From: Hemiscyllium ocellatum
Lineage: Eukaryota
NCBI RefSeq assembly: GCF_020745735.1
Contig: NC_083431.1
Span: 16,520,496 to 16,584,495, forward strand
Length of the DNA: 64,000 bases
Reading direction: 5' to 3'
A model generated the notes under the pieces. That model saw only the letters and a list, made by a program, of their open reading frames with translations, had not been told where the DNA came from and did not search any database. Each line of letters opens with the position of its first letter. Within the stretch, counting starts at the first letter, position 1. This document shows, piece after piece, positions 63,113 through 64,000 of this stretch. The position numbers were made by a program, and so were the translations under genes.

Positions 63113-64000
63113 ACAAAACCTCCCTACTTAAACATTCCATTCAACCTGTTTCTCTAAAACTATTGAGGGTCTTACCATTCATTAAATACTCCCTCATCTT
63201 GTTTCTCCTTCCAAAGTGGATCAGTGTTAAATACCACCTGCCCAATGCATCTATATTTTCCCATTATTCTGTTGGCCTTCCCTACTCTTGCTAAGTTTGA
63301 ATGCAAGATTATGTTGGATGAGGATTCCAAATCCCTTTGTTTTGCAGCTGTCTGCAGTCATTCTCTATTTAAATAATATTCACCTCTTCTATTCTTTCTA
63401 CTAAAAGGAAATAACCATACAGTTTCATACATTACATTCCATCTGCCAAGTTTTTGCCCACTCGCTTAACCTGTTTAATTTGCTTTGCAGTCTGTCATCC
63501 TCACCACTTGCCTTCCATACTACTGTCATAAAGAAAGCGTAGATGATTAAAAATGTATCAACTTTGTGTCTGTACAGAAGAAAATGCAGAAATACATTTG
63601 ACAAAGATTTTCAAAAGATCTAAACTAATCTCAATTAAAAAACATCTAATACAATAATTGGAATGCCAATAACACTGGATCTTATCGATGTGAACACCAA
63701 CGCTTCCACAAAAGCTTAGACATCCACTATTAAAGAAAACAGAATTTTTATGAAAAACTTTATGGCATTGGTTACTCATAACAAGTTGTATTGAAATACA
63801 GCACTGTGTTAGCTGCATGACAAACCTAACCACTGCAACAGAGCCACTGCGCATACTGCAATGAGGCTGTTTTGAAGAATCATCATTGGAGCCCTGGATC
63901 AAAGGGAGTGGCAGAAGGCTAATCAAGCCAAGCAACTCAGTGACAGGGAGAACACAGGGTTTTGTCAAACACAAGGGATGACATCCTAAGGAAGTTCCCA

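Overview
Vertebrate genomic DNA, most likely a cartilaginous fish (shark), inferred from HE1/V-SINE-type SINEs with (TAATC)n tails, dense CR1 LINEs and Penelope elements. Three spliced genes can be read directly. SRSF1 lies on the minus strand (exons 1-3 plus the start of exon 4, running off the left edge). DYNLL2 is complete on the plus strand (89 aa, identical to human as I recall it except Y41F). HEATR6 contributes exons 1-2 on the plus strand, separated by a 14.4-kb intron. The rest is mostly nested retroelements (CR1, a second CR1/L2-clade LINE, L1, SINEs, a solo LTR, pogo/Tigger MITEs). The most notable non-genic signal is a set of about 10 minimal type-I hammerhead-ribozyme motifs from at least four Penelope-like terminal-repeat families. 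Several sit in fold-back elements with 12-15 bp target-site duplications, including a 293-bp non-coding element with an intact hammerhead on each strand. Other oddities: a 1.2-kb G/A minisatellite in SRSF1 intron 1, an in-frame alternative 5' splice site that would add 25 aa to SRSF1 RRM2, and a templated 200-bp local duplication inside a MITE. Homology calls are from memory of the families; no searches were run.
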